From Prasinococcaceae sp. CCMP 1430 (lineage: Eukaryota; Plantae; Prasinodermophyta), in contig RQSC01001337.1 in assembly GCA_013416795.1 (NCBI GenBank), positions 97,631-113,929 of the forward strand: a stretch of DNA of 16,299 nucleotides, in the 5' to 3' direction. A model generated the notes under the pieces. The model saw only the letters and a program-made list of their open reading frames with translations, searched no databases and was not told the origin of the DNA. Shown here piece after piece: positions 1-8,485 of this stretch (positions are counted from its first letter, which is position 1; every line of letters starts with the position of its first letter). A program made the translations under genes and the position numbers.

Positions 1-939
1 CGCGCCGGCCACGCGCTCCGGCGCGCGCGCGCAGATTTGCTCCCCTCGCCCCGCGCGCGGCGCACCCGGTGATTTGCACGCGCGAATCGCCTTCCGCGAA
101 ACGCGCCGGAGCGGCGCCCCGCCTGCCGTTCGATGGCGCTCCTGCGCGCGCGTATCGCGCTCCTCGCGCCTTTTCGCGCGCGCGCTCCCGCGCGTTTTCG
201 CGCACTATCGGCGGGTGCTGGGCGCGCACGGGTGCGCGCGCGGCGCTGACTCAGCGCATTATCCGCGCGCGCGTGGCGAAAGAAAAAACGCCCAAAAAAC
301 GGAACGGCGGTTCGGCACGCCGTTTCGCGCGCGCGTCCGCGTCTTCGGGTGCGTGCGGACACGGACGGAGAAAGAGCAACGAACATTTGGGAGAATGCGG
401 TGCACCGATCGAGCGTGCGATTCGACGGCGTGCCAAATCTGAATGGGCGGGGCGACCGTCGTTCGGTCGGCCGTGGTTTTTTCGTTTGTGTTTCCGTATG
501 ACGACGAGTCACCAATTGCAAGCGTATGATGAGAATTGGATTTGGTTGGTGCGCAATCGGCGCGAGGTCGGTTGGGGGCAAGCGCGCAATTGGCACGCGC
601 CGAGCGCGTGGCGGGTGGTGGGTGCGGCGGCCGGCTGGGGCGAGCGCGCGGCGTGGTGGGTGGGTGGACGCGTGGGTGAGAGGCGGCGCGGCCGCGCGGG
701 CGCGCGGCGCGCGGCGCAGGTTGCGGAGGAGGAGGAGGCCTGGGTGGTGGTGGGTGGGTGGGGGGCGCGCCGCGCCCCCGCCAGGGACTGCATCGCCATC
801 ATCGCGGCGCTCGATGGGGCGGGGGATGAAGAGGGGGGTAGGTAGCCTTTCCTCTTCCTTCTCCGAAGAGGAGCGAGCTTGCGCTGTTTCGACGGGTGCG
901 CGCGCGCCGGCGCCGGCGGACGCGCGCGGAGGCGAGGGG

Positions 940-1547
940 NNNNNNNNNNNNNNNNNNNNNNNNNNNNNNNNNNNNNNNNNNNNNNNNNNNNNNNNNNNNN
1001 NNNNNNNNNNNNNNNNNNNNNNNNNNNNNNNNNNNNNNNNNNNNNNNNNNNNNNNNNNNNNNNNNNNNNNNNNNNNNNNNNNNNNNNNNNNNNNNNNNNN
1101 NNNNNNNNNNNNNNNNNNNNNNNNNNNNNNNNNNNNNNNNNNNNNNNNNNNNNNNNNNNNNNNNNNNNNNNNNNNNNNNNNNNNNNNNNNNNNNNNNNNN
1201 NNNNNNNNNNNNNNNNNNNNNNNNNNNNNNNNNNNNNNNNNNNNNNNNNNNNNNNNNNNNNNNNNNNNNNNNNNNNNNNNNNNNNNNNNNNNNNNNNNNN
1301 NNNNNNNNNNNNNNNNNNNNNNNNNNNNNNNNNNNNNNNNNNNNNNNNNNNNNNNNNNNNNNNNNNNNNNNNNNNNNNNNNNNNNNNNNNNNNNNNNNNN
1401 NNNNNNNNNNNNNNNNNNNNNNNNNNNNNNNNNNNNNNNNNNNNNNNNNNNNNNNNNNNNNNNNNNNNNNNNNNNNNNNNNNNNNNNNNNNNNNNNNNNN
1501 NNNNNNNNNNNNNNNNNNNNNNNNNNNNNNNNNNNNNNNNNNNNNNN
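940..1547. other. Assembly gap (N run, 608 nt)
   Basis: Continuous Ns. ORFs spanning it are artefacts. Confidence 0.99.
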
Positions 1548-1590
1548 GCCCGCGCCCGGCCGGCGCGCCGGCGGCGGAGGCGGCGGCGCG

Positions 1591-1654
1591 GGGGTTAGGG
1601 TTCCAATTTTGAGGTAGGGTCAGTACAGAAAAAGGAGATTTGAACCCTAACCCC
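1591..1654. repeat. 17-bp imperfect inverted repeat containing TTAGGG/CCCTAA
   Basis: Left arm 1591-1607 is GGGGTTAGGGTTCCAAT. Right arm 1638-1654 is ATTTGAACCCTAACCCC, whose reverse complement GGGGTTAGGGTTCAAAT matches 16/17. The spacer is 30 nt. Confidence 0.85.
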
Positions 1655-1826
1655 AAATCAGACCCGCGCAGGCCTCGCCCACCAACCACCTTCAAACGCC
1701 TCCCATACCATCCAAAAAAAAAAAAACCAAAAACCAACATTCGTCCAACCAAACACACAATATTCAGATTAAAATAAGCCCGTCCGTACCTTTGTACCTG
1801 TGGTTACCAGAACAGTCCAGTAAAAC

Positions 1827-1828
<2 letters not shown>

Positions 1829-1860
<32 letters not shown>

Positions 1861-1866
1861 AAAAAA
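1829..1866. repeat. Homopolymer tract C30 followed by A8
   Basis: C at 1829-1858 and A at 1859-1866, read directly. Confidence 0.9.
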
Positions 1867-2723
1867 CCAAAAAAACAGCAAAAAGAAAGGTCGCGGCCCG
1901 CGCGCCTCCGCCAGCGGCCTAGCCAAAGTATCGCCCGTCTCGCGGGTGGGTGGGGCCCTCCTGCTCGGTGTCCCGCCTGGGCGGTCCCCCAGACTCATCC
2001 GGGATCCGCGGCGCCGGGCTCCCCCGGCGCGCGGCCCGGCACACCCGCGTACGGGCGGATCGGCATCGACGACCACCATAGCGGCAGAGGCGCGCGGCCG
2101 CTCCCAGCCCTCCGTGCGCCCCGCGCAAAGGCGGTCACAGCCCCCACGAGGGGAAGCCGGCGGAAACATAGGGGAATTGAGAAAACAGCACAGCGCGACG
2201 ACGGCGATGCGGTCTCGCGACAATAAATCAACGCAACCGTGAGGTTACGGTTCGGGTGCGAGCTGCAGGACTCGCACGGATATGAAAGGGTGGCTATTTA
2301 GGTCAAAAATGCATGCGAAATAATTCAGGACCCTGCATCGAACCCCAAAGAGCGTCCGTTTCCGCGCGCGTGAGCGCGCGCGCGCGCGCTGCCCCCGGTA
2401 CTCGGCGTCCCGGGCTCGATCCCGGGCGTAATTTCATTCTTACGCCGCCGCGAAAAAGCCGGCGAAAAAAAAAAGCGTCGCCGGATTCGGGGCGAGGGCG
2501 CGCGCTTTTCCCTTTCGGTTCGGGCCGGGGGGAAACGGGAAGGCGCGCGGAATTGACGGGAACGGCGTTCGGAGGGGGCGCCGTCCGCTGAATGCCCCGG
2601 CTGGGCTCTCCCGGCAAGGCTGCCGACCTTTTATTTTCAAATTATTTTTTATTTTCCCTATTTTCCCGGCCGGCCTGCCGTCCGAGGGTACTCGCTTTCT
2701 CGATCGGAGAGGAAAGGAAATGG

Positions 2724-2762
2724 CAAAAAACAAAAACAAAAATCAAAATCAAAATCAAAATC
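2724..2762 (+). repeat. Composite hexamer microsatellite (CAAAAA)n(CAAAAT)n, copy 1
   Basis: CAAAAAA CAAAAA CAAAAAT CAAAAT CAAAAT CAAAAT C, read directly. Confidence 0.9.
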
Positions 2763-2988
2763 GCGGCGTCCGCGCTCGCCGCGTCCCATCACTCCGCATG
2801 CGGCGGCGGCGGAGGCGCGCCGCACTGCAAAAACCACCTTCACATTACTCAAACACACCAACTCGGGATTGGCTCCCGTCGCGACCCGGTGATGATACGT
2901 CAATTACAAACAAAAAAGCGAGTTTACGGAAAGGATTTGGGGCGCGCGCCCGCCGCCCTGGCCGGCGGCTGCGCGCGGGCGCCGCGCG

Positions 2989-3730
2989 NNNNNNNNNNNN
3001 NNNNNNNNNNNNNNNNNNNNNNNNNNNNNNNNNNNNNNNNNNNNNNNNNNNNNNNNNNNNNNNNNNNNNNNNNNNNNNNNNNNNNNNNNNNNNNNNNNNN
3101 NNNNNNNNNNNNNNNNNNNNNNNNNNNNNNNNNNNNNNNNNNNNNNNNNNNNNNNNNNNNNNNNNNNNNNNNNNNNNNNNNNNNNNNNNNNNNNNNNNNN
3201 NNNNNNNNNNNNNNNNNNNNNNNNNNNNNNNNNNNNNNNNNNNNNNNNNNNNNNNNNNNNNNNNNNNNNNNNNNNNNNNNNNNNNNNNNNNNNNNNNNNN
3301 NNNNNNNNNNNNNNNNNNNNNNNNNNNNNNNNNNNNNNNNNNNNNNNNNNNNNNNNNNNNNNNNNNNNNNNNNNNNNNNNNNNNNNNNNNNNNNNNNNNN
3401 NNNNNNNNNNNNNNNNNNNNNNNNNNNNNNNNNNNNNNNNNNNNNNNNNNNNNNNNNNNNNNNNNNNNNNNNNNNNNNNNNNNNNNNNNNNNNNNNNNNN
3501 NNNNNNNNNNNNNNNNNNNNNNNNNNNNNNNNNNNNNNNNNNNNNNNNNNNNNNNNNNNNNNNNNNNNNNNNNNNNNNNNNNNNNNNNNNNNNNNNNNNN
3601 NNNNNNNNNNNNNNNNNNNNNNNNNNNNNNNNNNNNNNNNNNNNNNNNNNNNNNNNNNNNNNNNNNNNNNNNNNNNNNNNNNNNNNNNNNNNNNNNNNNN
3701 NNNNNNNNNNNNNNNNNNNNNNNNNNNNNN
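2989..3730. other. Assembly gap (N run, 742 nt), followed by A17 at 3731-3747
   Basis: Continuous Ns. The gap probably hides the 5' exon(s) of the eL42 gene. Confidence 0.99.
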
Positions 3731-4057
3731 AAAAAAAAAAAAAAAAAGCCCAAACGAAGGCCACGCGCGCAGCGCAGCTGCTGCTCGTGCGTGTGGCACG
3801 CGCGCCGGCGACGCGATGGCACCGCGGGGGCTTCGATGCCACGTGCGCGTGTGGTCGCGCGCGGGCCGCGCACTGCGCGTCGCCCCTCCCCCCCAGGTCG
3901 CACCAAACGCCCGCCTGCGCCCGCGCCGCCCCGGGCGCGCCAAACGCCCGCCCGCGCCCGCGCCCGCGCCTCCCTGCGCTGCCGCGGGCCTTGCTTGCAA
4001 AGCCCACCGGAGCCGACCGCTGACGACCCGCCCTCCGCCGCTGGCGACGCGCAACAG

Positions 4058-4194
4058 AGGCCAAGACCACCAAGAAGATCGTGCTCAAGCTGCAGTGCAC
4101 GCAGTGCAAGCGCATCGCGCAGAAGGCCATCAAGCGCTGCAAGCACTTCGAGATCGGCGCCGACCGCAAGAAGAAGAAGGGCAGCATGTACTAA
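4058..4194 (+). CDS. RPL36A: 60S ribosomal protein eL42 (RPL36A/L44), terminal exon
   Basis: A CTGAC branch (4020-4024) and CAG acceptor (4055-4057) precede the exon. It reads (K)[44 protein letters not shown], the hallmark eL42 C-terminus ([12 protein letters not shown]....IKRCKHFE). The stop is TAA at 4192-4194. This frame is missing from the ORF track because it has no start codon. Upstream exons are not visible. Confidence 0.96.
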
Positions 4195-4487
4195 GCGTAC
4201 TGCTGGCCGCGGCAGCATCTTAATTTTGCGCCGTGCCTGCGCACGCGCGGCGGCCGAGGCGGCGGGCGGCCCGAGGCGGCCGTCCGTCCCGTGCCCGCGC
4301 GCATGTAAGCACGCGCAGCAGTGGGGGTCTCAACTCGCGCGCACGGGCCGCCGCGCCGCGACGACGACGCCTCTCCCCGTCCCCCTCCCTCACCGCCCAG
4401 CATCAGCATCACCAGCATCCACAACGTTGTCCCCGCTTTCTCGTCACATCCCCCTGCAAACAAACAAACAAACAAAAAACGCCGTCA

Positions 4488-7400
4488 TTACCGCCGCCCT
4501 CGCGCATAAGAGGAAGAGTCCTGCTCGCCTCGCCGCCGCGAGCCCGCGGCCGCTCGGCCCCCCCCCCGGCGCGGCAGCGCCCGGCATGGCAGGGCGGGCG
4601 CCGCCTCGATCGCGTGGCGCACGACGTCCCCCACCTCGTCCTCGTGCCCCCCCCCGCCGGCGAAGGTCGCGCGGTCCGCCGCCGTCACGCGCACGTAGAG
4701 GCGGACGACCGTCAGCTTGTTGGTCTGCTGGTCCAGCAGGCACTTGTCCAGCTCGCTCTGGTTCTGCTTGGTGCGGTCCTTGGAGCCCGGGAAGAAGAAG
4801 GCCGCGCCCGCGCAGAGGGTCCTGTCCTGGTCCACCAGCCGATAGTCCTGGGGGTGGTCGGTGTCCGCCGGGCAGATGATGGCGAGCACGCGCGGCTGCA
4901 GCTCGCGCGCCGCGTGGGCCATGAACTTGTAGGCCAGGTTGCGGCCGCCGCCGCTGACGTCGAAGCCGAACGGCGGGTTGAGGCCCACCACCAGCCGGTC
5001 GCCCGGCGGCAACCAGCGGTGGCTCGCGCGCGTGAGCCGCATGAAGTCGTACTGCTCGAAGTCGCGGTCGTTCCTCGCCAGAAAGATGTCGAAGCCGCGG
5101 AATGCCAGCCCGCGCAGGCCGTCCCCCTGCAGCTCGTCGCGCGCGATGGCCAGCCACTCGTTCGAGCCGCACGAGTGGTCGATGAGCATATCGTCGTCGC
5201 GCAGCAGCGGCCGCAGCTTGCGCACGATCTCGCGCAGGTGGTCGGACTGCGGCGCGCGCGCGGTGGCGCGAGTGCGCCGAGTCAGCGGCGCACCGCAGGC
5301 GCGCGCGCGCCAAGGGACGCCAGCCGCCCTCCCCACCCCGCAACGCTCGTCCGCGACAGCGCGGCGCTCCCGCCCCGTCCTCCGCAACAACAAAAAATAC
5401 GTCACTCACCTTGGTGAAGTTGCGACCGAAGCTCGAGTACGTCGCCCTGTCCCTGTACGGCGCGGTGAACGCCGGCAGGCGCGACATGAGGACGTCGATG
5501 GTGCGCAGGTCCTCCCGCCGGCACGTCTCCCTCGCCGCCCGCTCGTTCCCCTGGCGCAGGGCCCTCATCGCCAGCTCGGCCTGGCTCACGACGTTGCGCA
5601 CGTACTCGCGCGAGGGCATGCGGAAGTCCAGCGCCGACGCGTGGTACGGGAAGACCTGCACGATGCCGGCCTCCACCTGGGACAGGCTGGGCAGGCCAGC
5701 CTCGCGCACGGCCTCGCACACCTCCTCCACCGCCGCGCGCGCCGCGGCGAGCGCGCCGTCGTCGTCCGCCGCGGGCACCAGGGGCGGCGCCACCTTGCCA
5801 TCCTCCTCCGCCCGGGGGGGATCGTCGCCCCCGCCCGCGCCCTCGCCCGCGCGCTCGCCCGCGCCCTCCCCCGCGCCGCTCCCTCCGCCCCCCGCACCTG
5901 TCGACCGCACGCGCTCCCCCCGCCGGCGCTTCACCACGGCGATGCCCTGGCGCATCCTCTCCTGGGTGAGGCGGGCCGGCGTGCTGCACTCCGGAAGGAT
6001 GTCGTGCCGGAGGCAGTACATGATGTTGTCCTGCTCGGGCCAGTGGCGCCGCTCGCCCGCCGCCTCGCGCTCGCGGATGCCTTCGGGGAGGCAGCCCTCG
6101 TGGTAGGCCACGGGGCAGCGGCGGCACCGCAGCAGCGGGCGGTCCGCGGAGGCGCCCTCGCCGCACGCGGCGCAGCGGTGCAGCGGGCAGAAGAAGCTCA
6201 CCGCGGCAGGGTCGCCGCGCCGAATGGCCTCCATTTTGGCCTCGTCGCTGGGCCGCTCGCCCTCCCCACCGTCGGCGAGGAGCATGACGTCGGCGGGCTT
6301 CACCCCCGCCTCGATCAGGCAGCGCATGTGGTAGAAGCGCCCGCAGCCGGCGTGCTGGCACTTCACCACGCGGTGGTCCCTCGGCGCGCCCTCGCGCGCG
6401 TCGCCCGTCTCGTGGCACCAGTAGCACTCGTGCGCCTCCTCCCTGCAGCTCTCGCACACCCAGCGATCGTTGGTGCCCTTGATGCGAAGGCGCTCGGCCT
6501 CGCTCAGGCGAATGCCCTTGCACTTCGAGGCCGGGTTGGCGTACTTGTGGAAGGAGCGCTTGCACGGACCGTCGCACATGAGCAGGTCGCCGCCGTCGTC
6601 GCAGAAGACACAGACGCCGTCGTTGGTGTCGTTGGTGTCGTTGGTGTCGCCGGCGTCGGGGCCGTCGGCGTCGTCCGATGCCGAGCCGTCGGCCGCCACG
6701 GCTCGCCGCGCCGTCGCCGCCGCCTGCGCGGCGCCCGAGCGCTTCACCGGCGTGATCCCCTCCGGCGCTACCAATTCGAAGTTCATGTCGATCTTCTCGC
6801 GATCGGAGGCCGGGATGACGTTGCCCGGCACCGGATCGGCGTTTTCTTTCTCTTTTTTGTTGAACATGCCTCCATCGCGCTTGCGCCTGCGCTTGGGCTG
6901 ATCCTCGTCGTCGTCTCCCCTCGCCTGCCGTGGCGGCTGCTGCGCCTGCGCGTTCGCCCCAGCTCCGGCGTCGCGCGCGCGTTTCGCGCGGCGCTCCTTC
7001 TCCTTGCCCTGCGCCTTCGTCATCACCTCCATGGCCTGCCGGTGAAAGGCGCGAAAGGCAGAGGCAGGCCCTCGGGTCAGGCGCGCGTCGCCGCGCGCGC
7101 GCGCGCGCGCGCGCAGGCGATCGTGCGCAGGCCGGCGCGGCGCGCGCGCACCTTGTTGATGAAGGCTTTCGCCGCCTGGTTCGACGTCCGAGAGGCCCCC
7201 ATCCCTGCCATGACTCTGCTGACCTGGAGAAGGCACTGAATGTCGTCCATGTGGGAGAACACCTCCGACGCGTTGCGCAGACGCCCCCTGTTGTTGGGCT
7301 CCAGCACCACCTCGGACACGCGCTCCGCGGTCTCTGCCGGCGGCGCCCGGGGGTGCGCGATGCAGTGCGACGCGGCCGCCACGCCTATCATGATCTCCTT

Positions 7401-8303
7401 CACGAACGGCCAGAAGTAAGGCTCGTACGCGGGCGAGGGCTGCGCGAGCTCCACCCACAGGGTGCTCCTCTTCAGCTGCAGGCACGCGAACAGCTTGGGC
7501 CGCGAGGCCGAGAGGTCCAGGCCGATCGCGCGCACGACCTTGTTTTTGACCTCAGCGCCGGCGGAGGCGCCGTCCAAGATCTCGCCGTGCAAGTAGCACC
7601 GCACGCCCTGCTCGCCAACGACCTTGGGCGAACACTGTGGAGGGTCCTCGCCGGATCTCCGCGCGCCCTGCACACCCTCCGTGAACATGAAGTCCTTCAG
7701 GCGGTGGGCGCCGGCCGGTGCTTGACCCGCCCGGCCGGACCCGCCCGCCCCGTCGGCACCACCGCCGGCACGCGCGTCCTTGGCGGTCAAGTCGATCAGG
7801 AAGCCCGGCCTGCCGCCCCCGCCAGCCTCGCCCCCCCCGGCGCCCTCCTCCTCGGCGTCGCTCGCGCCAGCCTCGCCCCCGCCGGCGCCCTCCTCCTCGG
7901 CGTCGCCCCCGCCAGCCTCGCCCCCGCCGGCGCCCTCCTCCTCGGCGTCGCCCTCATCGCCCCCAAGCGTGCCGGGAAACACGTCCAACCGCGTGTCGGG
8001 AAACAACGCGTGGTGCTCCGTCGCTCGGATCACGGCGACTCGGGCGGCGGGAGGCAGCTGGTCCAACGCCGATTCGCCGTCCTCGGTGGCCGCGGGCGTC
8101 CACTGCAGGCTGCCGTCGGGCGTCGTCGAGTAGCCTCCAGCGTGGAGCTCGCTCAACTGGGTGGGCGCCCCCGCCTGCAGGTCCTCCTCATCCGGCGGCA
8201 CGACGAGCAGCCACTGCGCGCGCCGCCGCCCGCGCTGGAGCTCATCGTCGTCGCTGCCCCCACCCCCCCCCAGGCGAAACACGCGCGCGCGCACGCGCGC
8301 CAT
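4488..8303 (-). CDS. EDM2-like chromatin protein: RFD-like region, PHD-finger cluster and N6-adenine methyltransferase-like domain (~1178 aa)
   Basis: Exons are 8303-7152, 7035-5410 and 5246-4488, with both introns in phase 0. Intron 7151-7036 is GTGCGC...CTGAC...CAG and intron 5409-5247 is GTGAGT...CTGAC...CAG. The second splice joins YSSFGRNFTK|SDHLREIVRKL, colinear with the SFGRHFTK...L.EIV..L motif I recall from plant EDM2. Other motifs are CVFCDDGGDLLMCDGPCKRSFH, CGRFYHMRC, FFCPLHRCAAC, CRRCPVAYHEGCLP, MYCLRHDI, DHSCGSN, VVGLNPPFG and FFFPGS. The start ATG at 8303 is inferred from context, and extra small introns in exon 1 are possible. Confidence 0.88.
4690..5440 (-). other. N6-adenine/amino-methyltransferase-like domain of the EDM2-like gene (interrupted by intron 5247-5409)
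   Basis: SAM-binding-like motif I DHSCGSN at 5180-5160 and motif IV NPPF at 4979-4968. Confidence 0.82.
6000..6615 (-). other. Tandem PHD/PHD-like zinc-finger cluster of the EDM2-like gene
   Basis: Cys/His arrays CVFC..C...C...FH..C..WVCESC, CYWC..C...CGRFYH..C, CPLHRCAAC..CRRC...YH..C and YCLRH. Confidence 0.9.
7330..7706 (-). other. Putative DNMT1-type replication foci (RFD/RFTS)-like region
   Basis: HRLKDFMFTE near the start and LWVELAQPSPAYEPYFWPF near the end resemble the RFD pattern (W..L..PS..Y.P.F). Arabidopsis EDM2 is reported to have an N-terminal RFD. This is motif recall only. Confidence 0.5.
7816..7950 (-). repeat. 3 x 45-nt in-frame tandem repeat encoding acidic DAEEEGAGGGEAG(GG/AS)
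   Basis: Units are 7816-7860, 7861-7905 and 7906-7950, nearly identical. Confidence 0.92.
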
Positions 8304-8485
8304 TGCGCCGCGCCGCGCCGCGCCGCGGCGACGAGCGCGCGAGCGCGCGGAGGCCTGCGCGCGCGCCGGGGGCGACGGAAAGGGGAAGAGTGGTGGCGGA
8401 GAAGCGGGCGCGCCTGCCCGTGGCGCGGGGTCGATGGGCCCGCCGCTGCTGACTGCGACGCGCCCACGCTTTCGCGCCGCTCGCG
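8304..8485. promoter_or_regulatory. Putative bidirectional promoter/5'UTR region between the EDM2-like and HBS1-like genes
   Basis: The inferred start codons at 8303 (-) and 8486 (+) are 182 bp apart. The region contains TTTCGCGC at 8470-8477. Confidence 0.6.

Noticed and set aside
526-532. ATGATGA box C-like motif (also GTGATGA at 2889-2895)
   Set aside because: No CTGA box D or terminal stem within snoRNA distance.
69-939. ORFs in the first 0.9 kb, including possible small exons (VAEEEEAW; DCIAIIAALDGAGDEEG) and a minus-strand MMAMQSL start
   Set aside because: No recognisable motif, low-complexity translations, ambiguous strand, and the adjacent gap prevents building a model.
2549-2559. 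GGAATTGACGG, identical to an 11-nt stretch of SSU rRNA
   Set aside because: The match does not extend on either side and is expected by chance.
2821-2856. HCKNHLHITQT resembling the eL42 N-terminal CKKHT.HKVTQ
   Set aside because: Weak similarity, AT-rich codons unlike the eL42 exon, and no flanking eL42 residues or splice sites.
4939-7239. Long plus-strand ORFs antisense to the EDM2-like gene, and similar antisense ORFs over HBS1 and the AlkB-like gene
   Set aside because: These are shadow ORFs expected from high GC3 codon bias and show no motifs.
4444-7485. 1013-aa ORF taken as a single unspliced protein
   Set aside because: Only 7035-5410 is in the true frame. Both ends read through introns into shadow frames.
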